Source of the DNA: a virus
Direction: 5' to 3' (one strand)
IMG/VR virus record: IMGVR_UViG_3300030943_000118
DNA: 31,625 nt
Shown here piece after piece: positions 17,485 to 25,313 of this stretch. The translations under genes were made by a program, and so were the position numbers. Positions within the stretch are counted from its first letter, which is position 1. Each line of letters starts with the position of its first letter. The notes beneath the pieces are model-generated. The model saw nothing but the letters and a program-made list of their open reading frames with translations. It searched no databases and was not told the origin of the DNA.

Positions 17485-18375
17485 TCAAAACTCCATTTTT
17501 ACCTGTATAGGACGGTTTTCAATGGCTCTACAATTGGCAACAGCTTGTATGTAATAGCTTTCCTTTAGTTCAATTCCTATATGCCTGCGTCCCATTTCAA
17601 TGGCAACATATCCGGTTGATCCAATCCCATCAAATGGGTCTAAAACGATGTCATTTGGATTTGTCCAGAGCTCAATACCCCGGCGAATAACAGATAGTTG
17701 CAAAGGGCAGATATGTTTTTCGTCTTTATCTTCCCTTGCACAATCCTTTTGTAAGGTATCACCCTGCCTTATGTCCATCCAAACAGGTGATGCGTACTGC
17801 TGCCATTTGTCTACCGGGAAAGATTCGTTTGTATGTGTTGTTCTTTCGGGATTGTCACCCGGTTTTCTGAATGTTACCAAATAATCAGGCACGCCCTGTC
17901 TGCTCATGCAAGAGTCTTTTTTGATCTGTTTGTGTAATAGTCCCAGCGCCTTTGTTCTTTGCATGGCAACAACGGGATCTTTCCAAATAACAACCTCAGA
18001 GTGATAGATCATACCGGCCTGCTGCATCCCTCTAATAACATCGCCCCTAAGATCTCTCAGACCTATTACGCCGTCGCGTTCTTTCATCAAAGGCAGATTC
18101 ATGCAATGAACGGAAATCATTCTTCCGGGCATCATGACACGCACCCACTGACGAATCAGAAACTCGTAATGATCCCAAAATTCCGAATATGTGCGGCTGT
18201 TGCCTAAGTCTCGTTCACTGTTTGAATATGTATACAAAGATGCAAAAGGTATGGACGTAATTGAGTAGTGTATAGAGTTATCCGGGATCCCCTGCATGAC
18301 CTCACATGAATCCCCGTTATAAATTGCAAATTTATCTCCAATCTCTTGATTCATTACCTTTATGCTGCCAGCCAT
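17485..18375 (-). CDS. DNA methyltransferase (N6-adenine / N4-cytosine type, beta-class motif order), orphan
   Basis: N-terminal catalytic-type motif SIPF (variant of D/S-PP-Y/F) and C-terminal AdoMet motif LDPFDGIGSTG; no restriction endonuclease gene adjacent. Confidence 0.7.
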   Translation of the reverse strand: MAGSIKVMNQEIGDKFAIYNGDSCEVMQGIPDNSIHYSITSIPFASLYTYSNSERDLGNSRTYSEFWDHYEFLIRQWVRVMMPGRMISVHCMNLPLMKERDGVIGLRDLRGDVIRGMQQAGMIYHSEVVIWKDPVVAMQRTKALGLLHKQIKKDSCMSRQGVPDYLVTFRKPGDNPERTTHTNESFPVDKWQQYASPVWMDIRQGDTLQKDCAREDKDEKHICPLQLSVIRRGIELWTNPNDIVLDPFDGIGSTGYVAIEMGRRHIGIELKESYYIQAVANCRAIENRPIQVKMEF

Positions 18376-19739
18376 ATGGGTATCTCCATTTCTATCTGAG
18401 GGTTATACTCCTCTGTTTCTCGATATGTTTTTCTTACTTCCCTTTCGATGGACGCACGCGAGAATCCGGCCAATTTTTCAAACATCTCAATGGATTGCTG
18501 TTCTTTTCTTTTGATGTTTTCTCGAACGGCGCCCTCTGCTTCTGATGTGATGATGTAAACATTTACCGGCTGTATCTGTCCAAATCTCCAGCATCTGCGA
18601 ATGGCCTGATACATCATTTCGTAACTGTCAGAAAGTCCAACAAAAACCATGTTATTGCACTGCTGCCAGTTCATTCCAAATCCTGCTATCGATGGTTTAG
18701 AAATCATGATCCGAAACTTTTCTTCAGCAAATCCGATTAGACAATCCCTTTTATAGTCTCGATCATCGGATCCTTTTACTTCCGTTCCTCCTGACATTTT
18801 TGTCAGCATTTCGGATTCTGTGTTTAAGTCACACCACAATAACCACTGTCCCGGATCCTTTTTTATTAAGTCAACGGCCATCTGGCAACGGTCCTCTTTG
18901 CTGTCCCTGCGTGCGGTCCTGCGTTCTGTGAGTGTTGAAGCAATTGCCGGTACAAACATCAGCTGCCCGTCTATTTCTCCGTTTTCTGACTCGACTATGA
19001 TTTCTTCAATATTTAATGGAGGTAAATCGTATCCAATGTTTTCATAACCTAAATCAGAAGGTTTTCGAACGACAATAGCCCACTGGCTGATCCATTCCCA
19101 AAACTTATCCTCAGCATGTCCTTTTAAAATCCACTTTGCTGTTTCTCCTCCGTCATGATAGAAAAACGTTGAAAGCATCTCCGTTCTGGACATGACACCC
19201 ATGAATTCAGAATGATTCCCAAGCTCCACATAATCGTTTGGTGCCGGTGTAGCGGAACAAGCGAGCTTATAGGGAGTATCACGAAATGTTGTAATAATTA
19301 ACTCTCTGGTTTTCGAATTGAAATGCTTCAATATTCCTGATTCATCCAGAACTATTCCAGCAAATACAGCAGGATTAAAATGTTCTAACATATCATAGTT
19401 TGTAATGTTTATACCCTGGATAACATCTTCTTGTGTCCGACATACATTGACTTCATATCCAAACTTTATGCCCTCTTTTTTTGTCTGATTGGTTACGGCC
19501 AACGGTGCCAGTATTAATACTGGTTTTCCTGTATGGTTTACAACCTGTTGTGAAAATTCAAGCTGCATAGCGCTCTTTCCGGTTCCTGTGTCGGTAAACA
19601 GACAGTAACGCCCTTTTTTGACAGCCAATGTAACAACGTCTTTCTGCCAATTAAACAGATTGCTATTAATTTCAGTTGGTTCAAATCCACTTGGTGTGAT
19701 GGCAAATCTTTTTGATTCCAAAAATTCTTTATATTTCAC
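18360..19739 (-). CDS. SF2 helicase (SNF2/DEAD-like)
   Basis: Motif I DTGTGKS, motif II VLDESG, motif III SATPAPN, motif VI QAIRRCWRFGQ; GTG start with GGGAGG 7 nt upstream. Confidence 0.8.
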   Translation of the reverse strand: MKYKEFLESKRFAITPSGFEPTEINSNLFNWQKDVVTLAVKKGRYCLFTDTGTGKSAMQLEFSQQVVNHTGKPVLILAPLAVTNQTKKEGIKFGYEVNVCRTQEDVIQGINITNYDMLEHFNPAVFAGIVLDESGILKHFNSKTRELIITTFRDTPYKLACSATPAPNDYVELGNHSEFMGVMSRTEMLSTFFYHDGGETAKWILKGHAEDKFWEWISQWAIVVRKPSDLGYENIGYDLPPLNIEEIIVESENGEIDGQLMFVPAIASTLTERRTARRDSKEDRCQMAVDLIKKDPGQWLLWCDLNTESEMLTKMSGGTEVKGSDDRDYKRDCLIGFAEEKFRIMISKPSIAGFGMNWQQCNNMVFVGLSDSYEMMYQAIRRCWRFGQIQPVNVYIITSEAEGAVRENIKRKEQQSIEMFEKLAGFSRASIEREVRKTYRETEEYNPQIEMEIPIWLAA

Positions 19740-19923
19740 TGTCAGTCCTCCCTCTCGAAAAGCCCGAGTTTTCCGATGCGATCCTTGATCCAGTTTGAAT
19801 AATCTTTGCCAACTTCAAGAAATTCATGCAAATCACGGGTTTTACGGCATGTTCACCATTGTTCTCATAGACAGGAATGAGTTCATTGCTTATAATGTAC
19901 ATATTGATAATCTTTCTGGGCAT
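19729..19923 (-). CDS. hypothetical small protein (64 aa), uncertain
   Basis: ORF with a weak AAGGA RBS; its start region is complementary to the predicted antisense RNA. Confidence 0.25.
   Translation of the reverse strand: MPRKIINMYIISNELIPVYENNGEHAVKPVICMNFLKLAKIIQTGSRIASENSGFSRGRTDSEI
19868..19896 (+). promoter_or_regulatory. plus-strand sigma-A-like promoter TAGACA-N17-TATAAT
   Basis: -35 TAGACA at 19868..19873, 17-nt spacer, -10 TATAAT at 19891..19896. Confidence 0.4.
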
Positions 19924-19958
19924 TGCCCTAGCCGTCCTTGCCGGGCGGCTTTTTTATT
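19903..19958 (+). ncRNA. predicted short antisense RNA (about 55 nt) between the promoter and terminator
   Basis: Promoter and terminator are about 30 nt apart; no RBS-preceded ORF in between; antisense to the early transcript between the Cro-like and helicase genes. Confidence 0.3.
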
Positions 19959-19960
19959 TT
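19930..19960 (+). terminator. plus-strand intrinsic terminator
   Basis: AGCCGTCC-TTGCC-GGGCGGCT hairpin (8 bp, one G-U) followed by TTTTTTATTTT; on the minus strand it has a C-A mismatch and no U-tract. Confidence 0.5.
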
Positions 19961-19965
19961 GTCTG

Positions 19966-20205
19966 TTAAGCTGATTTGGAAAGTCTTTCAGGGGAAAATC
20001 CAAGAAGATAATCAACGGAGCACCCAAACGTATCTGCCATTTTTACAAGATATTCCGACGGACACCGCATATTGTCGGATTCCCACGAAGACAGTGTTTT
20101 CGATGAAATTCCGAGTTCTTTTGCTAGCGTTACCTGCGACTTTCTAAGCCGTACCCTCTCTGATCCAATTCTATTTTCGTTTGCTGAAAATGATGAAGCC
20201 ATTTG
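19966..20205 (-). CDS. XRE-family HTH regulator, Cro-like (first gene of the early operon)
   Basis: HTH LRKSQVTLAKELGISSKTLSSWE and C-terminal ADTFGCSVDYLLG; likely start MASSF at 20205 (AGGAGGGAGG upstream). Confidence 0.75.
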   Translation of the reverse strand, partial: QMASSFSANENRIGSERVRLRKSQVTLAKELGISSKTLSSWESDNMRCPSEYLVKMADTFGCSVDYLLGFSPERLSKSA

Positions 20206-20367
20206 CCTCCCTCCTTTCTCCAAGTCTTTCTTGTAGTCTTGGCATTAGCTTATAACTTAAAATTGTATGTGTCAACGGATTTTAGGAACAATTAAAAGAA
20301 TTATTTGTAGTTTTTATTGTTTTCTACAAATTCTTGTAGTACAATGCGAATACAAGGAGGTGATAGC
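20206..20367. promoter_or_regulatory. divergent switch region with promoters and operator-like repeats
   Basis: Minus-strand -35 TTGACA (20270..20275) with a TATAAG-like -10; plus-strand -10 TACAAT (20340..20345); inverted repeat ATTTGTAG-N13-CTACAAAT (20303..20331); 10-bp direct repeat TTCTTGTAGT at 20228 and 20331. Confidence 0.6.
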
Positions 20368-20721
20368 TTGGCTATACAAATGAGACTTAAGGAATTACGC
20401 AAAAAACGGGGATACACGCAAGTAAGCATGGCGGCCGCTTTGGGCGTAAATTACGGTTCATATCGAAATTGGGAACAGGGCGTAAATCAGCCCGACAATT
20501 ATGATATCGAGAAAATTATTGATCTTTTGAATACAACAGCGGACTACTTATATGGGAGAACAAATAATCCAGAAAGAAGTGTTTCTTATTCTGATCCAGA
20601 TAAGGCTTGGCTTATGGATAAAATAGAAAAATCAGGTAAGGTCGAGTTGTCGCAGATTAGAAGGGTTTGGGAGGCATTTTATGAAGAGCAGAAACGCCCA
20701 AATATCAACGTTTTCAGATAG
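20368..20721 (+). CDS. XRE-family HTH regulator, CI-like repressor candidate (no peptidase domain)
   Basis: HTH LRKKRGYTQVSMAAALGV...; TTG 20368 lies 7 nt after AGGAGG (alternative ATG 20380; ORF-track start 20317). Confidence 0.7.
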   Translation: MAIQMRLKELRKKRGYTQVSMAAALGVNYGSYRNWEQGVNQPDNYDIEKIIDLLNTTADYLYGRTNNPERSVSYSDPDKAWLMDKIEKSGKVELSQIRRVWEAFYEEQKRPNINVFR

Positions 20722-20820
20722 AAAAAGCATACAGAGATCAGATGAAAACAATACACTTGCAACAAAAAGTTACAACAGCCCAATAAGAAGCGCATAATGA
20801 GCGCTTAGAAAGAGGCGCAT

Positions 20821-21069
20821 ATGAAGCAGCTTCTAATTTTCGCAGCACTTATGATAATTGCCTTTTCTCCTGAGATATTACGATTCATCGGACGTCGCAT
20901 AGTCAACCGCTGGCTCAAGTCTGCAAAATCAATTCAGGATGATCCCCCCGATAATGATATGCACCTTGAGATTATGGTGCGAAACAAATATACTCACAAC
21001 TGGATCGTGGCATCGGCAGCAATGGTTCTGGCAAGACCAGGAGAGTATGATTTATGGATGCCTAAGTAG
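20821..21069 (+). CDS. small membrane protein (82 aa, N-terminal TM helix)
   Basis: MKQLLIFAALMIIAF... hydrophobic N-terminus; AAAGAGG RBS; co-oriented with the repressor-like gene. Confidence 0.55.
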   Translation: MKQLLIFAALMIIAFSPEILRFIGRRIVNRWLKSAKSIQDDPPDNDMHLEIMVRNKYTHNWIVASAAMVLARPGEYDLWMPK

Positions 21070-21094
21070 TCGCGCGTTACGATACAGATTAAAT

Positions 21095-21136
21095 AAAAAA
21101 AGCCGTCTACCCCCGAAAGGATAGACGGCTTTTATA
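21095..21136. terminator. bidirectional intrinsic terminator between convergent genes
   Basis: AAAAAAA-GCCGTCTA-cccccgaaagga-TAGACGGC-TTTTAT: perfect 8-bp stem with an A-tract on one side and a T-tract on the other. Confidence 0.7.
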
Positions 21137-21144
21137 GTTGAATG

Positions 21145-21798
21145 CTAAACCCTTACAACTCCCGGATAATCCGGATTGATGCTGATCCACAAATTCGGCT
21201 GATTCTGGATTCTGCCCCAGGTGCCCGATACTTCCGCAATGCCAAGAGTGAGCTTATCCTTAGCGAGAGCAATGTGGTCGCGTGACTCAATGCTTGCGTC
21301 CGGTGTCTTATGTATCCACGTGTCCGCTACTACCTTGATGGCGAATAGGCACGGATCGGCTTCGGGATAGCGCAGAACATAGATAAACGGACTATCGTAA
21401 TACGCCTGTTTGCGGATTTCCCGACCGTTTCCGTCGCCATAGCGACCGTCATAATCGGACTGTGCCTGTACGATCTGACCGTTGCCGATGAAAAACGCCG
21501 CATGTCCGCCCTTTGTTGCTGTTTTCGGACGCAGGAGAATGTCGCCTCTCTGCAAGCCCGCGCCGGTACGAAGATTGATGCGCGATGCAATGTTCTCAAA
21601 TCCTGCCGTAAGCAATGGAGCAAGCATATCGCCCGTATAGGAAGCACCGCCTGTGTTGAATCCTGCCGCTTTGAGTCCGTCAATGACAATCTTCGAGCAG
21701 TCGGTATCTCTGTCACCTCTGCGGGCCTGTGAGTACCCATGATAATTGTCTGACGCTATGCTTTCGGCATATTGTACGGCTTTTTCGATTTTGCTCAT
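21145..21798 (-). CDS. endolysin, NlpC/P60-like cysteine peptidase with a C-terminal binding-type domain
   Basis: Catalytic-type Cys in RDTDCSKIVIDG and His in GGHAAFFIGNG; ATGA overlap with the upstream holin gene. Confidence 0.7.
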   Translation of the reverse strand: MSKIEKAVQYAESIASDNYHGYSQARRGDRDTDCSKIVIDGLKAAGFNTGGASYTGDMLAPLLTAGFENIASRINLRTGAGLQRGDILLRPKTATKGGHAAFFIGNGQIVQAQSDYDGRYGDGNGREIRKQAYYDSPFIYVLRYPEADPCLFAIKVVADTWIHKTPDASIESRDHIALAKDKLTLGIAEVSGTWGRIQNQPNLWISINPDYPGVVRV

Positions 21799-22178
21799 AC
21801 CGCCTTACCTCGCAAGATGTACGCCTCAATCTGCGCTTTCAAATATGCCTGTATGTCAATATTGTGCTCTGATAAAAATGTAATTGTAGACTCTGATATT
21901 TGATTTTCCACAATAGCTCGAGCCTTATCGAGTGCCTGCAACTGTTCGTCCTTTGACCAGACCCCATCTTTGGTTGCGTCTTTGAGGTCAGTGACAAATG
22001 TCTGTGTGACCGCGTCGACGGCAGTCGCTACTGCTGATCCGATATCGGTCAGCATGTGCTCTAACTTTTCGTTGTCGGTCTTTGATGCCAGGTACTTCAC
22101 GCCAGCGTTAACCAGGATGATCATACAGGGCGCCAAAACCAGAGTGATTAATGAGATGATGATTTCTGTCCATTCCAT
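21795..22178 (-). CDS. putative holin
   Basis: 127 aa with an N-terminal TM helix (IIISLITLVLAPCMIILVNAGV) directly upstream of and coupled to the endolysin gene. Confidence 0.55.
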   Translation of the reverse strand: MEWTEIIISLITLVLAPCMIILVNAGVKYLASKTDNEKLEHMLTDIGSAVATAVDAVTQTFVTDLKDATKDGVWSKDEQLQALDKARAIVENQISESTITFLSEHNIDIQAYLKAQIEAYILRGKAV

Positions 22179-22193
22179 GATTCTTTCCTCCTT

Positions 22194-22706
22194 TTATCCT
22201 TTCATGTCTTCATGTTCTGCTGTTTCTTCGGGTGAGAAATGATTATTATCCCTAAACATCAGCGTGCCGTGCTCCACTCTTCTGTGTTCGTCGAGACGCT
22301 TGTGAGCTGACCGCGTGGACTGATCTATCAAATCCACCTTTCGGCATAGCGTCTCCTGCTCTTTTACAATTCCCGAAATCTGGTCCCCCACTCCCTTGCT
22401 CAGCTTATCGACGGTTGTGTTCATTTTTTCCACGGATGTAGTCAAATTGACAAAAGCAATCTCTGATTTTGTTTCTTTTGTTGCTTCCGCTACCGCCTTA
22501 TCCACTGCCGCCTGCGAGTCAATTTTGGCTTTTGATCGCAGGGTGTTTAGCTGGATTATGACGCCCAAAACAATGCCAATAATAACGATGACACCCAATA
22601 TTCCGGCAAATACAAATATGGTTGATTCTGGTATGGTTCCGTTACTCAAGGCTTCATCCTCTCTTTCAATTTTTTGTAATAAAAAAGCGCCTAAGCGCTG
22701 CATCAT
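22194..22706 (-). CDS. lysis-module membrane protein (170 aa, one TM helix)
   Basis: TM segment IFVFAGILGVIVIIGIVLGVII followed by a coiled-coil-like region; no SD before its ATG but a 9-codon uORF with AGGAGGT ends in TAATG at its start. Confidence 0.5.
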   Translation of the reverse strand: MMQRLGAFLLQKIEREDEALSNGTIPESTIFVFAGILGVIVIIGIVLGVIIQLNTLRSKAKIDSQAAVDKAVAEATKETKSEIAFVNLTTSVEKMNTTVDKLSKGVGDQISGIVKEQETLCRKVDLIDQSTRSAHKRLDEHRRVEHGTLMFRDNNHFSPEETAEHEDMKG

Positions 22707-22750
22707 TATTCGGGGCCGTCTCGGATCCTGATCATATGCGACCTCCTAAT

Positions 22751-24970
22751 TTACATTCTCTGGCCATGTATTGTTCTATAGCTAAAACTTTGATGTGAAC
22801 TTCCTTTTACATTTAGATTTGTACTAGACAACAATGAAAAATTTATTGTTTCACCCACCGAAGCATGTAAACAGAAAGGGATAGAATATACAAACCAACC
22901 ATTCGTATTTACACCAAACAAGGTTTGAAAATTACCCTCTGGTGCTTTTACTGATAAATAAACATCACCGTTTGCCGCCCCTGTAAGAATTGAAAATACT
23001 CCAGAAAAAACTCCAGTAAATGGGCAAACATAAGCAAACTCTGGAAATACCCATTCACTATTTGCCAATGATTGGTTCTCTGCAAACGCTGTAAAAACAG
23101 TCCTGACAAAGGCTTGTCTTGCTATGATTTCACCAGACGCAGCGCCAATAAATGTTGTAGGCATCCAAACTTTCAAGGGCACTGCATTACTTCCCACAGC
23201 CGCAGAACCTCCTGCAACATCCGCAGTGACACCGGTATTAGATAAATCAATGGATTTTAACTCTCTGTACTTTGGACCGCTCCCCTGAGACCATAAATAC
23301 GTAAATTGTAAGGCCAATTGTTTCAAGAAATTGACACCATTATCATTAGAATCTTCTCTCAAAAATGCAGTGCTTACTTTGCCGCCTCTTGTTGCTGCGG
23401 GATTAATAGAGGGCAAAGACGATCGCGCAAAAAAACCTCCCTGATACATTCGCGAAGCTATGGTTTCATAAACCGCAGATAGGTCCGTATTGCTTGTGTA
23501 CCATTGTGTTAACGATTGGGTCTTTATTTCTCCGGTACTTAGATTGAAAAATGACTTCCCGTCTGCGCTGCTAAGCGCGCCTGAAGCCACAATCCACTCT
23601 ACATTGATACCAATAGCAGTGAGTACCCTCGCAAGGATATTGCCTGTTGCATCATAACCAAGCCATGTAACGCCGCCATCTGCAGAATATGTAAAGGTTG
23701 TTGCTGTCTGCCGCCAAATGAAGATACTGTCCGCCCGCAAAGGGTGATCGTGTTGGTAGTAAATGACTGACCCGTCCGGAAGTGTTTCCGATGACGGGTA
23801 AAGCCCCGTTGACTGCGCGGAGAACTCATTAAGTTGAAGCATTGCCTGCTGGTACGTGGTCAGTTTCTGCACCGCGATTTGTTCTTGTTGCGCAATGGCA
23901 GAAAGTTGCTTTTCAGCCGCAGGTTTATACTTTGCTAAAGCTGTTGCCCTGCCAGCCGCCGATAAAACGGAATGACCGCGATATGAGTAATTATGTGTCA
24001 TGATTTTCGTAGTAATGGTTGACGCATCCGGGAGAACTATCGATATAGCATCGGTCGCCAAAAAAGACGGATCACCCTGCAAATCGCAGTCGAAAATATA
24101 GTAGCTTGATGCGCCGATGTCCACCCAAATTCCATTAAGGATCGCCTGAACATTCTGCCCCAACAAAAACGGATTCTCGGCAAGCGATAAACAATAGTTG
24201 TTTGTACCGGCCCTGTAGGTCGTCTGGACGTTGTTCGTGTCCATGGCGACATACTCAACACCGGTCAAACTGATCTGCACGGGATCGCATTTTAGAGAGT
24301 CTCGAAGCGCAGGCGTAATTGTCATAATTGGCGTTGTACCGTACCAAACGAACTCAAGCACGCCCGCCCGGGAGAACCGAGCGACCTTACCGCAGATCAT
24401 GGCCAGATATCCGATAGCATCACGGCAGGTCATTCTCGAGCTCTCGGGAATACCTTCCAAAGTGATTGCGCTGTTTGTTCCGGCTATACCGGTTGTCGTG
24501 ATCCCGCAAGCCAGACAGATTTTGTTAAGCGCCTCACTGATCGAGCACGGGAAAGTAATCCCTGCCAAATAGTAAGGACGCTCTGTCAGCACCATACGGT
24601 CATAGGCTTTTATCGGAATGGTTTTCATCCCGCGTAAGGCCTCGACAATAATAAAGTAGCCAAGGTTTACCCATTCGCGGGCAGCTCCTACCATTAACCC
24701 TACTTGACCAAGCAGTGCGCTATTTTGTAAAGACACATTGTTTAGTTCTCCGGAGAGATTCAATAAGGTCAAATCCAACTCAGACATGACTGTGGTCCCG
24801 ATGGATATCTCACTCCCGGAGGCTGTTGATTCTGTGTATTTCATGGATCCCGCGAGGATGTTTGCGTCCCCCAGTGTAGTATTCGGAGACCCATACACGG
24901 TGAGGGATGCGGCATAATCCCTCGCTATTGTCGGATTGGCCAGAATTGCCAGGTAATCATTTGATGGCAT
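22751..24970 (-). CDS. tail-associated protein (Tal-like; candidate tail endopeptidase / receptor-binding protein)
   Basis: 739-aa ORF after the tape measure and a small tail component; GAGGAG RBS; assignment by size and position. Confidence 0.65.
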   Translation of the reverse strand: MPSNDYLAILANPTIARDYAASLTVYGSPNTTLGDANILAGSMKYTESTASGSEISIGTTVMSELDLTLLNLSGELNNVSLQNSALLGQVGLMVGAAREWVNLGYFIIVEALRGMKTIPIKAYDRMVLTERPYYLAGITFPCSISEALNKICLACGITTTGIAGTNSAITLEGIPESSRMTCRDAIGYLAMICGKVARFSRAGVLEFVWYGTTPIMTITPALRDSLKCDPVQISLTGVEYVAMDTNNVQTTYRAGTNNYCLSLAENPFLLGQNVQAILNGIWVDIGASSYYIFDCDLQGDPSFLATDAISIVLPDASTITTKIMTHNYSYRGHSVLSAAGRATALAKYKPAAEKQLSAIAQQEQIAVQKLTTYQQAMLQLNEFSAQSTGLYPSSETLPDGSVIYYQHDHPLRADSIFIWRQTATTFTYSADGGVTWLGYDATGNILARVLTAIGINVEWIVASGALSSADGKSFFNLSTGEIKTQSLTQWYTSNTDLSAVYETIASRMYQGGFFARSSLPSINPAATRGGKVSTAFLREDSNDNGVNFLKQLALQFTYLWSQGSGPKYRELKSIDLSNTGVTADVAGGSAAVGSNAVPLKVWMPTTFIGAASGEIIARQAFVRTVFTAFAENQSLANSEWVFPEFAYVCPFTGVFSGVFSILTGAANGDVYLSVKAPEGNFQTLFGVNTNGWFVYSIPFCLHASVGETINFSLLSSTNLNVKGSSHQSFSYRTIHGQRM

Positions 24971-24972
24971 AA

Positions 24973-25308
24973 TTACAACTCCTCAAAAGCAATAGAGGAC
25001 TCCCACTGATCATCCATGATCATGTTTTCGTCGCTCGTCCGTACCTTGAAAGTACCCGTCAGCTGACTGCCCCTGCACAGATACGTCATTGTGAAATACG
25101 CACTAGCGATAAGAGCCGCAAAGGCAGTCAGTTCAGCATCGGTAAAAGTAAACTCAACCGAAATCGTCGCTTTCCCGGCTCTCACTCGCTGATCCCAGTC
25201 GATGCCGGTTTCAGAAGTTCCGGATTCGGCAACGACATCTTCTTTGTGCACAGAATATGTGTTAATCATGTTATCTAAATCCGTTGTTCCAATCGTTAAA
25301 ATTGACAT
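24973..25308 (-). CDS. tail component, possibly a short distal tail protein
   Basis: ORF 24973..25317; likely start ATG 25308 (AGGTGA 5 nt upstream) just after the tape measure stop. Confidence 0.5.
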   Translation of the reverse strand: MSILTIGTTDLDNMINTYSVHKEDVVAESGTSETGIDWDQRVRAGKATISVEFTFTDAELTAFAALIASAYFTMTYLCRGSQLTGTFKVRTSDENMIMDDQWESSIAFEEL

Positions 25309-25313
25309 CCATA

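Noticed and set aside
19938-20147. Plus-strand 69-aa ORF antisense to the Cro-like gene
   Set aside because: Its TTG start lies inside the terminator hairpin, it has no RBS, and the opposite strand carries a well-formed HTH gene.
21330-21740. Minus-strand 136-aa ORF inside the endolysin gene
   Set aside because: Alternative frame of a gene with clear catalytic motifs; Arg/Ser-rich with no RBS.
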